From Octopus sinensis (Eukaryota): a DNA stretch of 64,000 nucleotides. Within the stretch, counting starts at the first letter, position 1. The number at the start of each line of letters is the position of its first letter. A model generated the notes under the pieces. The model ran no database searches and was not told the DNA's origin. It saw only the letters and a program-made list of their open reading frames with translations. Both the position numbers and the translations under genes were made by a program. The stretch lies in contig NC_043006.1 in the NCBI RefSeq assembly GCF_006345805.1, positions 66,154,001 to 66,218,000 on the forward strand. Reading direction: 5' to 3'. Positions 52,725 to 64,000 of this stretch are shown here, in pieces.

Positions 52725-53105
52725 GTCTCTCTTCGTCTTATGAGAAGCGGTTGGATGGAACCTACACTCGCCTCCTTACGAGAGCTCAAAATCTCTCGTG
52801 GAAGCATCATCCAACCAAAATGCAAATATATGGGAAACTACCACCTGTGTCATCTCTTGTGAAAGGTAGGAGAGTCCAGTTTGCTGGACATTGTTGTAGA
52901 GCTGAAAACGAGGCAATTTCTACTCTTCTCCTCTGGAAGCCATCTACTCGCAATACCAGAGGGCGCACACTCACCTACTCTGATGTAATCTCCAGGGATA
53001 CAGGCATCCAGGAACAGGACCTCCGTAATGCTATGATGGACCGTGAAGTCTGGCGTAGCATGGTAAATTCCATTGTCTCGACCACGGTCGAACAATGGAT
53101 GGATC
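52725..53105 (+). mobile_element. RTE/RTE-X-clade LINE 3' fragment
   Basis: EKRLDGTYTRLLTRAQNLSWKHHPTKMQIYGKLPPVS..RRVQFAGHCCR..LLLWKP..AMMDREVWR. Confidence 0.85.
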
Positions 53106-53769
53106 GTCTTATGACTTTCAATAGATGAAACGTCGAATGAGGTCACATTTAGAGACATCTGTGCGTCACTGGAGTATAGTAATAATAAACACTTGTACAA
53201 CACGAGTATCACTCCCTACGTCACTGTGGATTGTGTCCAGTGAAAGGCCGAAACGAGATGACCAGTAATCATGTGAAACCGCAGATTTTGCATCAGTGTC
53301 CCCTTCTCCTAGAAGGATGTTGTAACAACAGCTAGGGGTTCCTCACGCCCAATGGATTTAATGCACGACCTGACACCAACAGAGAGTATTTCTGTGTCCC
53401 TGCACTCAGATGGAGTGTCATCACATATGGTAGTTAACTCAAAGATGGGACCCTGGAAGGTGCTATTATTTCGAGTCAGATTAAACCTGGGAGCAATATT
53501 GGCTAAGAAGTGCGTCGATACTCTTCAAAGCCCTGGAACTCTCGGACCACAGCCTCACTACCGGATATAGTTTAAAGTGATATCCAGGACACATACATAC
53601 ATATATGTGTGTACGTAACTAGATATATGTATATAAGTGTATGCGTGTGTGTGTGTGTGTGTGTGTGTTTAACGATGTTTTTATGCATATATTCTTTCTC
53701 CTTAATGCCAGGCCGTACTTTAACTAAAATCATTGGTTTGTATTTCAGCTCCATATCGTTGTTGAACGA

Positions 53770-54335
53770 AGCGCACCTTGCCTAGCGTGGATGCAGCTCT
53801 GGCTAGACTCAAAGTGTTTCTTTGCCTGTCGGGACTTATTCTTTCTTCTGGTTCATATTGACGTAAAGACACCATTTTGTATCGCCAATGATGTTTGTGT
53901 CACCGAGAGGCCTAGCGTCCAGCGTGCAAACTGACGGCGCTGGAGGGGCGCTAAGGTGTGTTTCTTTCGTTCAGAGCGATTGGCACTCATTCATCGAATT
54001 TTCGAACTTTACCCCTCGAGTGAAGGTAACGGACAACGGCATGATGAGAGCTTCCCATCTGCTTGACCAATTCCCTAGTGAATTAGTACGGATCTTCGTG
54101 AACCAGCCCCTGCAATTGATTCTCATTGAACGGAACTGGTCGACCGCAAAGTCTGCGACGTCGAATTTCTCGTTGAAGAGTGAAAGTCATTTCTGTGCAT
54201 TAACTTTCTCCGTTCACGACACAAATGTCTCGGGTAGTTTTGGCACCTTTGGCACCTTAATTGAAAGCAAAGAGAAACAGGTGTCGAAAGTGCTCCTTTT
54301 CTTTTTCTACTTGCCACTCCATCGTTATATGCTTA
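53770..54335 (-). mobile_element. Degenerate mariner transposase N-terminal half
   Basis: MEWQVEK..EHFRHLFLFAFN..TTRDICVV (mariner HTH) and GDTKWCLYVN (GDEKW motif). Confidence 0.75.
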
Positions 54336-54711
54336 ACGGCATTATTTCGGAAAATTTACTTTTGGAGTTCAAATTCCGCCGAGATCAACTTTGCCATTTT
54401 ATCCTTTTCGGAATCAATGTAGATTAGTTTACCTCTTCCTTTACAATTGTTGGCCTTCTGTGAAAATAAGAAAGAAATATTTTTGTTATGGCGCCGAGTT
54501 GAGAGAATCGTTCGCTCGTTGGACAAAATATTGAGTCGTATTTTTTCATCTCTTTACGTTCTGAATTCAAATGTTCCCACCGTCGACTTTGCCTTTCATC
54601 CTTTCATGGTCGACATTCCCGAAAAGAGGTAAAATTCATTCAAATCTCAAAAACGATAAACAAAAGTTGTAGAGAAAGAATAGAGCTACGACAAAAAAAA
54701 ATCCAATACAA

Positions 54712-54880
54712 TTTATATATATATATAAAACTGAGAATGTCTGTCTATCTGTCTGTCTGTCTGTGTGAATCCCTAAAACTTGAGAACTACACAACCAATT
54801 TCATTTAATACAACTTGTAGTGTCATGGGCAAGAAAATGTTTAACTTCTTGCCTTGGGTGAGCCCACAGCAATATCATAT
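54712..54880 (+). mobile_element. Possible non-autonomous Helitron 5' fragment
   Basis: TATATATATAAAACTGAGAATGTCTGTCT...CAACCAATTTC resembles Helitron 5' ends; no 3' CTAG hairpin seen. Confidence 0.4.
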
Positions 54881-55063
54881 CTTCTTCACTATTTCAGTAT
54901 TACGTGTTACAAGTGAAACAAAAACATCTCTCTATTGTATGTATATGGATGTGTGTATATATATATATATAATTTTAATCCAAAAGGGAAACAAAAAAAC
55001 AACAACAACAGGAACAATTACAGTATTATTATTAATAGGCGCTCAGGAGATGGAAGCAGGGAG

Positions 55064-55098
55064 GTATGACGTTTCGAGCGGAGCTCTTCGTCGGAAAC
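55064..55098 (-). ncRNA. Variant minimal hammerhead-like motif in Penelope-like pLTR (from about 54975)
   Basis: GTTT-CCGACGA-A-GAGC TCC GCTC-GAAAC-GTC-ATAC; core and stem II identical to 39323-39357. Confidence 0.55.
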
Positions 55099-56498
55099 AT
55101 AAGAAGGAAGAGAGAGGAAGAAAGATCCCAGAGCGGGCAACAGGGAAAGAGAAAAAAGACGACTGGTGTTTACGAGTTGCACATGGTGAAAGGCGGATGT
55201 TGACGATAAAAAGCAAAGTGGGTTTTTAAAGGCAAAAGAGTGGAGACAAGGTTGGTAACCCAACAGATGTGTGTGTATGTGTGAGTGTGTGCATGTGCGT
55301 GTGTGTATGTGTGTGTGTGAGGCGAGATGAAAAAACAAAAAAATATATGTGTGTGTTAGTGTGTGCGTCTGTGTGTAGGCGTGTGAGGTAGGGCGAGACT
55401 AGTGGTCAGCTAGCAGACGAGGTCAGTACTAAGAAAAAGAAGGAAGGAGGAAGGGAGGTCAGTAGTAAGAAAAAGAAGGAAGGAGGAAGGGAGGGAGGGG
55501 AAGGGGTGGGGGCGTATGTAGCGTGCCAGCGTGTGTTGAGTAGTAGTGTGTGTGTGTGTCCAGTGTCGTGGTGGTATTAATGAGTAGATTGAATGTGTGT
55601 AAGAGTGATGTATATATATAGGCAAGGTGTGTATATGTGTGCGCGTGTGTGTAACGAAAAAGGGGGGGGTAAGGAAAAAGGACTCCAGCTGAGGGGAAGA
55701 TGGAAGAGTGGTACCGCGGAGACAGGCGTGGGAAACCCAACGACACGCGACGGTCCCAGGAACGGGCGGGAGGTCTCGTCAGGTCCAAGGGCGAGGTGTA
55801 TGCGACGCGTATGCAACGCGAGCCGGCGTAAGTGCGTAAGTGCGCGTGCCTGCGAGTATGCGCGTACGTATGTATGTGTGTGGATGTGTGAGTGTGTCTG
55901 TGTGTATGTCTGGGTGGCAGTGTGTGCGATGAATGTATGTGAGTATGTGTGTATGTATGTGTGTGCATAGATGTATGTCCGTGTGTGTGTGTGTATGTGT
56001 GTGAGTGTGTATGTATGTACGTGTGGGTGTGGGGAAGTGTGTGTGTATGTGCATGTGTGTGCGCGTAACATACAGGTGTGTGAGTGAGTGTGTGTGTGTA
56101 TGTATGTGTGAGTGTGTATGTATGTGTGTGTCGGATGCATGTATGTGTATGGGTGTATGTATGCGTGTGTATGTATGTATGTGTACGTGCGTGTGTGTGT
56201 GTGTATGCGTGTAGGTGTGCGCGTGTGCATGCATGCATGCATGTGCGTATGTGTGTGTGTGTGTGCATGTGTGTGGGTATATATGTATGTGCGTATATGT
56301 GTGTGTATGTGCGTACATGTGGTGTGTGTGTATGCATGGTGTGTATGTAGGTGTGTAGGCGTGTGTGTATAGGTGTATGTATGTAAGTATGTGTGGGTGG
56401 TGTCCGTGTATGTGTGTGTATGTATGTGTGTGTATGTAGGTGTGTGGGCGTGTGTATATGTGTGTGTATGTAGGTGTGTGGGCGTGTGTATATAGGTG

Positions 56499-56547
<49 letters not shown>

Positions 56548-56709
56548 ATTATAGCTGTATATGTATACATGTATATGTATAGCTGTATATGTATAGATGT
56601 ATTTCTATAGATATACATGTATGTGTATACATGTATGTCTAATGTATATATATATATAGATGTACATGTAATATGTACATATATATATGCATACATACAT
56701 ACACCCATA

Positions 56710-56761
<52 letters not shown>

Positions 56762-57179
56762 ACACATTTCTTGAACTGGTACTTCAAGTAACGACTAGGG
56801 TAGGGTAACTGACTACTTATTGTGATCCTTGTCTTTTGGTTTCCTGTAGCTTTGCTCTCTTTTGCAAACCCAGTGAACATATATTTCCTATTTCAAAGAA
56901 ATTCAAACAATAGATATAAGACCCAAGTTAAAAAGATTCTCAACAATTCAACTTCTCTGGTTGACATTAAGATGCCCACCCCCAACAGGGGCCTTAACTC
57001 TCACATTTTAGAGCTCCATGACCTTCATTTTTTAGGAGTAAAATCTCTTTAACAGGTTCAATAACACTGGAATTTTGGAATATGCGCAAAAAAATCAGTA
57101 GTATGGGATACATGTAGCACGATTACAAATTTTTTAGGGTGTGTAAAGAGGGAAATAACCCTCATCTGCAATTTTGATA

Positions 57180-57715
57180 AAATTCGACCTTGGCGGAATT
57201 TGAACTCAGAACGTAGCGGCAAACGAAATACCTATTTCTTTATTACCCACAAGGAGCTAAACATAGAGTAGACAAACAAGGACAGACAAAGGGATTAAGT
57301 CGATTATATCGACCCCAGAACGTAACTGGTACTTAATTTATCGACCCCGAAAGGATGAAAGGCAAAGTCGACCTCGGTGGAATTTGAACTCAGACGAACG
57401 AAAAGCCGCTAAGCATTTTGCCCGGTCTGCTAACGATTTTAACAATAATATTCCTTTTTAATTTGAACTCACAACGTAACGGCAGACGAAATACCGCTAA
57501 GCATTTCGCCCTGCGTGCTAACAACTCTGCCAGCTCCTCCCGCCTTAGGGTTTCCTCAAATATTACTGCAGTTTAAGGCGGTGAGCTTTCAAAATCGTTA
57601 GCACGTCGGACAGAATGCTTAGCAGCATTTCGTCCGTCTTTACGTTCTGAGTTCAAATTCCGCCGAGGTCGACTTTGCCGTTCATCCTCTGGGGTCGATG
57701 TAATCGACTTGCTTC
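57180..57715. mobile_element. Multimeric Nin-SINE on minus (57180-57545) and a head-to-head plus copy (57576-57715)
   Basis: Junction AACGAAATACC|TATTTCTTTA at about 57232; repeated B-box/Nin segments. Confidence 0.8.
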
Positions 57716-59059
57716 TCCTTGGAGAGTCAAAGTTAGGAACAAAAACAGGACAGTAGAGACATACAAGGAAACCGAACGAAAACAAACAGGGAGGGTCGTT
57801 AGACTAGAACGAGGGGAAATAGGGAACCCTAGAAGAAATATTTTCTTTGAAAAGAGAAAAGATAGAGGAGAGAGATAGAAGACATCCAATCATTAGAACG
57901 TTCGTGCAGGAAAAGAAAGATGGTCATGTGAAGAAAAGAAAGATGGACGATGGTCTCGTATGAGCAACGAGAGAGAAAAAAAGAGAAAGAAGGCCGGGAG
58001 AGAGAGAGATAGACGGATAAAAACGGCAGACAAGACTGGTAGAACCAGTACTAGACTCTTTAAAAAAGTCCTCGGGGTCGATTGCTCGACTAAAACCCTT
58101 CAAGGTGTTGCCCCAGCATGACCGCAGTCCCGTGATTGAAACAAATAAAAAATACGAAATATATACGTTCTCCTCCAAAAGCCTGGCCTTATTTTCAACT
58201 AAAAGCATCGGTCTGTGTTTAACCTGCTTTTGTCGAACTTCGACTTCGCTGTTTATATTTGCCACTTCCACTGCGTTATTCCTGTCACCGCAGACACTTA
58301 GTAACGCACACACATTCATACACACACAGGGACACACATACACACACTCACTCACGCACTCACACACACACTCACACATACGCTCACTCATGCACATACA
58401 CACTCACTCGCACACTCACACACACTGTCCCACACATATACTCACACTCACACACAAACACTCGCACACAGGCGCATACACACTCTCTCACACACACACT
58501 CACACACACACAAATATACACACTCACACACACACACACACTCACACATACACACACTCACACTCACACACACACACTCTCTCTCTCACACAAACACTCA
58601 CACACCACAAACATCGCCCGTGACCTGACACCTCCGATGGCTATTCATAACAGACCACACCCAGCCTAATCATTCCTATTATTGTTGTAATTGTTGCTAT
58701 TGTTGTACGTGTGTGTAGTCGTTTCTGGTTGGTTGGTTTCGATGGTAAGATAGTAGTGAGGTTGATATATGCCGGTATTGTAGGTGGAGGGCAAGAGAGG
58801 AGCGCTACGTCTTGATTGAATAAAAAAATACAGATTACTGACGAAGCCAAAGCAACGGAATGCTTGAATCATTGGTCGTTAGTGCGTCGAACAAAATGTT
58901 TAACCGCGTTTCTTCCAACACTTTACGTTTGGAGTTCAAATTCCGCCGAGGGCAACTTTGCCTTTTTATCCCTTTCGGGATCTATGTAATCGATACACCT
59001 CGCTCCTCAAAACTGTTGGCCTTCTGTGAAAATCAGAAAGAGATATTTTTCAGTTCTAT

Positions 59060-59620
59060 ATTTAAAAGATTGAGGACTTATGTACATTATTTACGTTATT
59101 TACATTTGGCGGCTATTTGTCCTTATCTTTACTCTCTTTTACTTGTTTCAGTCATTTGACTGCGGCCATGCTAGAACACCGACTTTAGTCGAGCAAATCG
59201 ACCCCGGGACTTATTCTTTGTAAGCCCAGTACTTATTCTATCGGTCTCTTTTGCCGAACCGCTAAGTGACGGGGACGTAAACACACTAGCATCGGTTGTC
59301 AAGCAATGCTAGAGGGACAAACACAGACACACAAACATATACACACACATACACACATATATATATATACATATATACGACAGGCTTCTTTCGGTTTCCG
59401 TCTACCAAATCCACTTACAAGGCTTTGGTCGACCCGAGGCTATAGCAGAAGACACTTGCCCAAGATGCCACGCAGTGGGACTGAACCCAGAACCATGTGG
59501 TTGGTTAGCAAGCTACTTACCACACTTATTATTAACACAACGTTTCGGCTGATATACCCTCCAGCCTTCATCAGGTGTCTTGGGGAAATTTCGAACCTGT
59601 GTTCAAATGTAAATATTGTA

Positions 59621-59694
<74 letters not shown>

Positions 59695-59855
59695 TAATAA
59701 TAACAACAACAACATTGAAAAATATCTTAGGAATGAGAACCCAGGTTCGAAATTTCCCCAAGACACCTGATGAAGGCTGGAGGGTATATCAGCTGAAACG
59801 TTGTGTTAACAACAAACAAGATGAGGACAAATATCCGTCAAATATAAATAAGGTA
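59060..59855. mobile_element. Penelope-like inverted-pLTR element with two opposed minimal hammerheads, interrupted by a SINE
   Basis: Minus motif 59534-59579 and plus motif 59762-59807: GACAC-CTGATGA-A-GGCTG gagggtatat CAGC(C/T)-GAAAC-GTT-GTGTT. Confidence 0.8.
59129..59525 (-). mobile_element. Young CORE SINE family A nested in the Penelope-like element
   Basis: Nearly identical to the flanks of 43500-44525; host sequence GTCCTTATCTT / TTATTAACACAACG resumes after it. Confidence 0.9.
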
Positions 59856-59873
59856 AAGAAATATTTTTATTAA

Positions 59874-60088
59874 GACGGCGAGCTGGCAGAAGCGTTAGCA
59901 CGCCGGTCGAAATGCTTAGCAGTATTTCGTTTGTCTTTATGTTCTGAGCTCAAATTCCGATGAGGTCGACTTCGCCTTTCATTTTTTTTTGGGTCGATTA
60001 ATTAAGTACTAGTTACACACTACGGTCGATGTTATCGACTAGTCCCTTCACCCAAAATTTCAGGCATTGTGCCTATAACAGAAAGGAT
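59874..60088 (+). mobile_element. Nin-SINE, full length
   Basis: GACGGCGAGCTGGCAGAAGCGTTAGCACGCCGG...GCCTTTCAT...GGGTCGATTAATTAAGTAC. Confidence 0.85.
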
Positions 60089-60993
60089 AATTATTATGAG
60101 GACCTCCTAGAAACTCTCTGAAACGTTCAGTATTGTTGTTGTTGTTGTTAAACCCAGATCAACCCTGATAAGACTGACATACGATCAAAGACATTCCAAC
60201 CATGACTATCACGTATGAAGGACTACGAGATCTAGAATGTCCTCCTTTAGCTTTCCCCACAGTGGCAGGGCGTGATTTGAGTGACGTTTGACTTCTATTT
60301 CTAGCAAGTTGCGCGACCATTTAGAAACTCCCTCATAGTTGGCTCGTTGTCATGTTGTTTGGCGGCGGCGGCGATGATGGTGGTGGTGGTGGTGACGAAA
60401 GCAGGCCTCCGTTCACGTCGACGAAATTAGCCACGCCGTCACTCTCCTTTTCCACACACACACACACACACACATCGCTTCTATCCTGTAATATTCACCA
60501 CCCCATCACCACTACCATCAACACCACCACCATCATCATCATCATTATCATCACCACCACCATCGTCACGAACATCACTACCAGCGGCACAGCCGTCACA
60601 ACCACCATCACCACCATCACCACACAGACTTCACATTCAGTGACCTCCTCCCCTTATTCCCTCATTCCGCCTCTCTCTTTCATTCTCCTTCACACTACCA
60701 CCACCACCACCACTACTACGACCATCGCCGTGATGGATAACCCATAACTAATTGGTTGGAGCCGCTTATTTAAAGCAACACTCGAGGAGTTGCGGGGGAG
60801 GGAGAGTACATGTGTGAGGAGGGAGGGCGAGGATCCCTCTCCTCTTCTTTCTCCTCACTCTGTCTAACTACTCTCCCTACCACCACCACCACTACCACCA
60901 CAACTCTTCGCCACATCACACCAGGCAACGAATGAACTTGCATGTGGTCCGTCGGTTTGCCAGAAATAGCAACAAAATCTCCCTCAGATCAAA

Positions 60994-61200
60994 CGAGTTG
61001 GCAAAATCGTTAGCACGCCGGGCAAAGTGCTTAAGCGGTATTTGGCGTGTCTTCACGTTCTGAGTTCAAATTCCGCCGAGGTCGACTTTGCTTTTCATCC
61101 TTTGAAGGTCAATAAAATAAGTACGAGTTGAACCCTGGGGTCAATGTAATCGACTTAATCCCTTCCCCCAAATTTGAGGCCTTGTGCTTCCTGTAGAAAG
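60994..61200 (+). mobile_element. Nin-SINE, near full length
   Basis: GAGTTGGCAAAATCGTTAGCACGCCG...GAGTTCAAATTCCGCCGAGGTCGAC; tail GGCCTTGTGC then (TTA)n. Confidence 0.85.
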
Positions 61201-61526
61201 ATTTATTATTATTATTATTATATTATTATTATTATTATTATTACATTGACCCCAGGGTTCAACTCGTACTATGTTTCCAGAGGTGAATTATTCAAACCCC
61301 AAAGAATCTCTCTCAACTCATGGCTATAATACTCGCCCACTACTTCAGCTTGTGATCAGAGATGCACATATCGTCAGCCACTAAGGGACATGCTCAACTG
61401 GTTATGGTCATACAACTGACAAGCAAATCTGTGGTATTGAGCAGAATATTTGCTGTAGCCCATCTTTTATACCAAGACAAAACAATGTACATGATAACAC
61501 TTCCAATCAGTTAAGATCAGAAGCCA

Positions 61527-61617
<91 letters not shown>

Positions 61618-61627
61618 ATTATTATTA

Positions 61628-61660
<33 letters not shown>

Positions 61661-61662
<2 letters not shown>

Positions 61663-62034
61663 GGCCCAGTGGTTAGGGCAGCGGACTCGCGGTCGTAGGA
61701 TCGCGGTTTCGATTCCCAGACCGGGCGTTGTGAGTGTTTATTGAGCGAAACCACCTAAAGCTCCACGAGGCTCCGGCAGGGATGGTGGTGATCCCTGCTG
61801 TACTCTTTCACCACAATTTTCTCTCACTCTTACTTCCTGTTTCTGTTGTACCTGTATTTCAAAGGGCCGGCCTTGTCACTCTCTGTGTCACGTTGAATAT
61901 CCCCGAGAACTACATTAAGGGTACACGTGTCTGTGGAGCGCTCAGCCACTTACACGTTAATTTCACGAGCAGGCTGTTCCGTTGATCGGATCAACCGGAA
62001 CCCTCGTCGTTGTAACCGACGGAGTGCTTCCATC

Positions 62035-62117
<83 letters not shown>

Positions 62118-62158
62118 CATTATCATCATCATCATCATCATTATCATCATCATCATCA

Positions 62159-62207
<49 letters not shown>

Positions 62208-63361
62208 CCTCTTCTTTCAATTCTGTTTCCGTTTTTAGCCGAGTATCTTCCTGAGACTTATGCATTGGTAGGCTATTAAAATAAACACACCAGATTGTTC
62301 ATTTACAAAATCATGTGTGAGAAAATAGAAAGGGAAGAAAGACAGGGAGAAAAGGAAAAAATAAAAGCATAAAAAGTAAAAAAGAAAATGAAGGAAAAAG
62401 GGAAAAAATTCACAGCGATAATGCTCTTCTCAAGACGTTTGACGTACCAGCATGGACGGTAAGCCAGGGATCATCATATATATAAAAGCAAGTTGTCTAT
62501 TTGTTTGTCTGTGTCAAGTTGTTGTCTACACCCGTTAACGAATTTTCGTGAAACTTTGCAAACATGCTAAAGTAACATCCAGTTTGTTACTAAGCTCATA
62601 TAAGTTTAATAGGGCCCCTGGAAGGGATCCATATATATAACTATTAACAGCCAAGGGAAATAGCCCATTCCTTTTCCTAACCAAGGGAAATAACCCATTC
62701 ATTTTCCTATGTCATTTGGTATAAATCAAATTGATTTAATTTGAACTGTTAGAGTTATTTTCGCAATTTATCCAGTACAACCCTTAAACAAGTAAACAAT
62801 ATTTTCCTAAACAACAGATCCACTTATTTCGGTTAGTGACTTATTCACGAATGCACCATGAATGACGATGCCTTTCATGACACTTCGGCCAATTGACAAT
62901 CGCTGCATGAAGAACCGTTCTGCTTTTAGTCAAATGCACTGTCATCACAAAAGTCACACCCTGTTTACATGTAGTATGTGGAGGCGCAATGGCCCAGTGG
63001 TTAGGGCAGCGGACTCGCGGTCGTAGGATCGCGGTTTCGATTCCCAGACCGGGCGTTGTGGGTGTTTATTGAGCGAAACCACCTAAAGCTCCACGAGGCT
63101 CCGGTAGGGATGGTGGTGATCCCTGCTGTACTCTTTCACCACAATTTTCTCTCACTCTTACTTCCTGTTTCTGTTGTACCTGTATTTCAAGGGCCGGCCT
63201 TGTCACTCTCTGTGTCACGTTGAATATCCCCGAGAACTACATTAAGGGTACACGTGTCTGTGGAGCGCTCAGCCACTTACACGTTAATTTCACGAGCAGG
63301 CTGTTCCGTTGATCGGATCAACCGGAACCCTCGTCGTTGTAACCGACGGAGTGCTTCCATC

Positions 63362-63418
<57 letters not shown>

Positions 63419-63459
63419 CATTATCATCATCATCATCATCATTATCATCATCATCATCA

Positions 63460-63511
<52 letters not shown>

Positions 63512-64000
63512 CCTCTTCTTTCAATTCTGTTTCCGTTTTTAGCCGAGTATCTTCCTGAGACTTATGCATTGGTAGGCTATTAAAATAAACACACCAGATT
63601 GTTCATTTACAAAATCATGTGTGAGAAAATAGAAAGGGAAGAAAGACAGGGAGAAAAGGAAAAAATAAAAGCATAAAAAAGTAAAAAAGAAAATGAAGGG
63701 AAAAAGGGAAAAAAATTCACAGCGATAATGCTCTTCTCAAGACGTTTGACGTACCAGCATGGACGGTAAGCCAGGGATCATCATATATATAAAAGCAAGT
63801 TGTCTATTTGTTTGTCTGTGTCAAGTTGTTGTCTACACCCGTTAACGAATTTTCGTGAAACTTTGCAAACATGCTAAAGTAACATCCAGTTTGTTACTAA
63901 GCTCATATAAGTTTAATAGGGCCCCTGGAAGGGATCCATATATATAACTATTAACAGCCAAGGGAAATAGCCCATTCCTTTTCCTAACCAAGGGAAATAA
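61661..64000 (+). repeat. Tandem duplication, period 1328 bp (61661-62988; 62989 to window end), each unit starting with a family B SINE
   Basis: ATGGCCCAGTGGTTAGGGCAGC at 61661 and 62989; units match apart from a few substitutions, 1-nt indels and microsatellite length. Confidence 0.95.

Noticed and set aside
55459-56765. Long 220-330 aa His/Thr-rich ORFs
   Set aside because: Derived from a degenerate (GT)n tract.
36905-60975. Recurrent CTAGAAATAG / CTATTTCTAG MEF2-like sites
   Set aside because: Mismatch to CTA(A/T)4TAG and embedded in a dispersed degenerate repeat (36912, 49490, 49935, 60295, 60960).
62980-63055. tRNA gene (Arg-like, with A and B boxes)
   Set aside because: Continues into a multicopy SINE body and lacks a proper acceptor stem and poly-T terminator.

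Overview
Repeat-saturated, AT-rich eukaryotic non-coding DNA with no recognisable host protein-coding gene. The repeat landscape (tRNA-derived Nin-domain and CORE-type SINEs, dense TA/CA/TAA/TACA microsatellites) looks like a coleoid cephalopod, probably Octopus; this is inferred from repeat recognition, not proven. Real coding remnants are all transposon-derived: a 4.3-kb Helitron with both termini and a Rep-Pif1 frame broken only by a 1-nt homopolymer frameshift (9723-14000), two CR1-clade and two RTE-clade LINE fragments, two R4/Dong-like 3' ends in (TACA)n, a Penelope GIY-YIG fragment, five Tc1/mariner remnants and a hAT MITE. Most other listed ORFs are microsatellite artefacts. The most interesting signals are RNA-level. 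First, one complete type I hammerhead ribozyme (44792-44855, minus) plus about seven minimal or variant hammerhead motifs lie in Penelope-like, often inverted-repeat, elements. Second, Nin-SINE copies repeatedly start at the same point at the 3' edge of a hairpin loop, forming head-less multimers. Third, a SINE and a CR1 share a 3' tail with a covarying stem. Boundaries of degenerate repeats are approximate and were read by eye.
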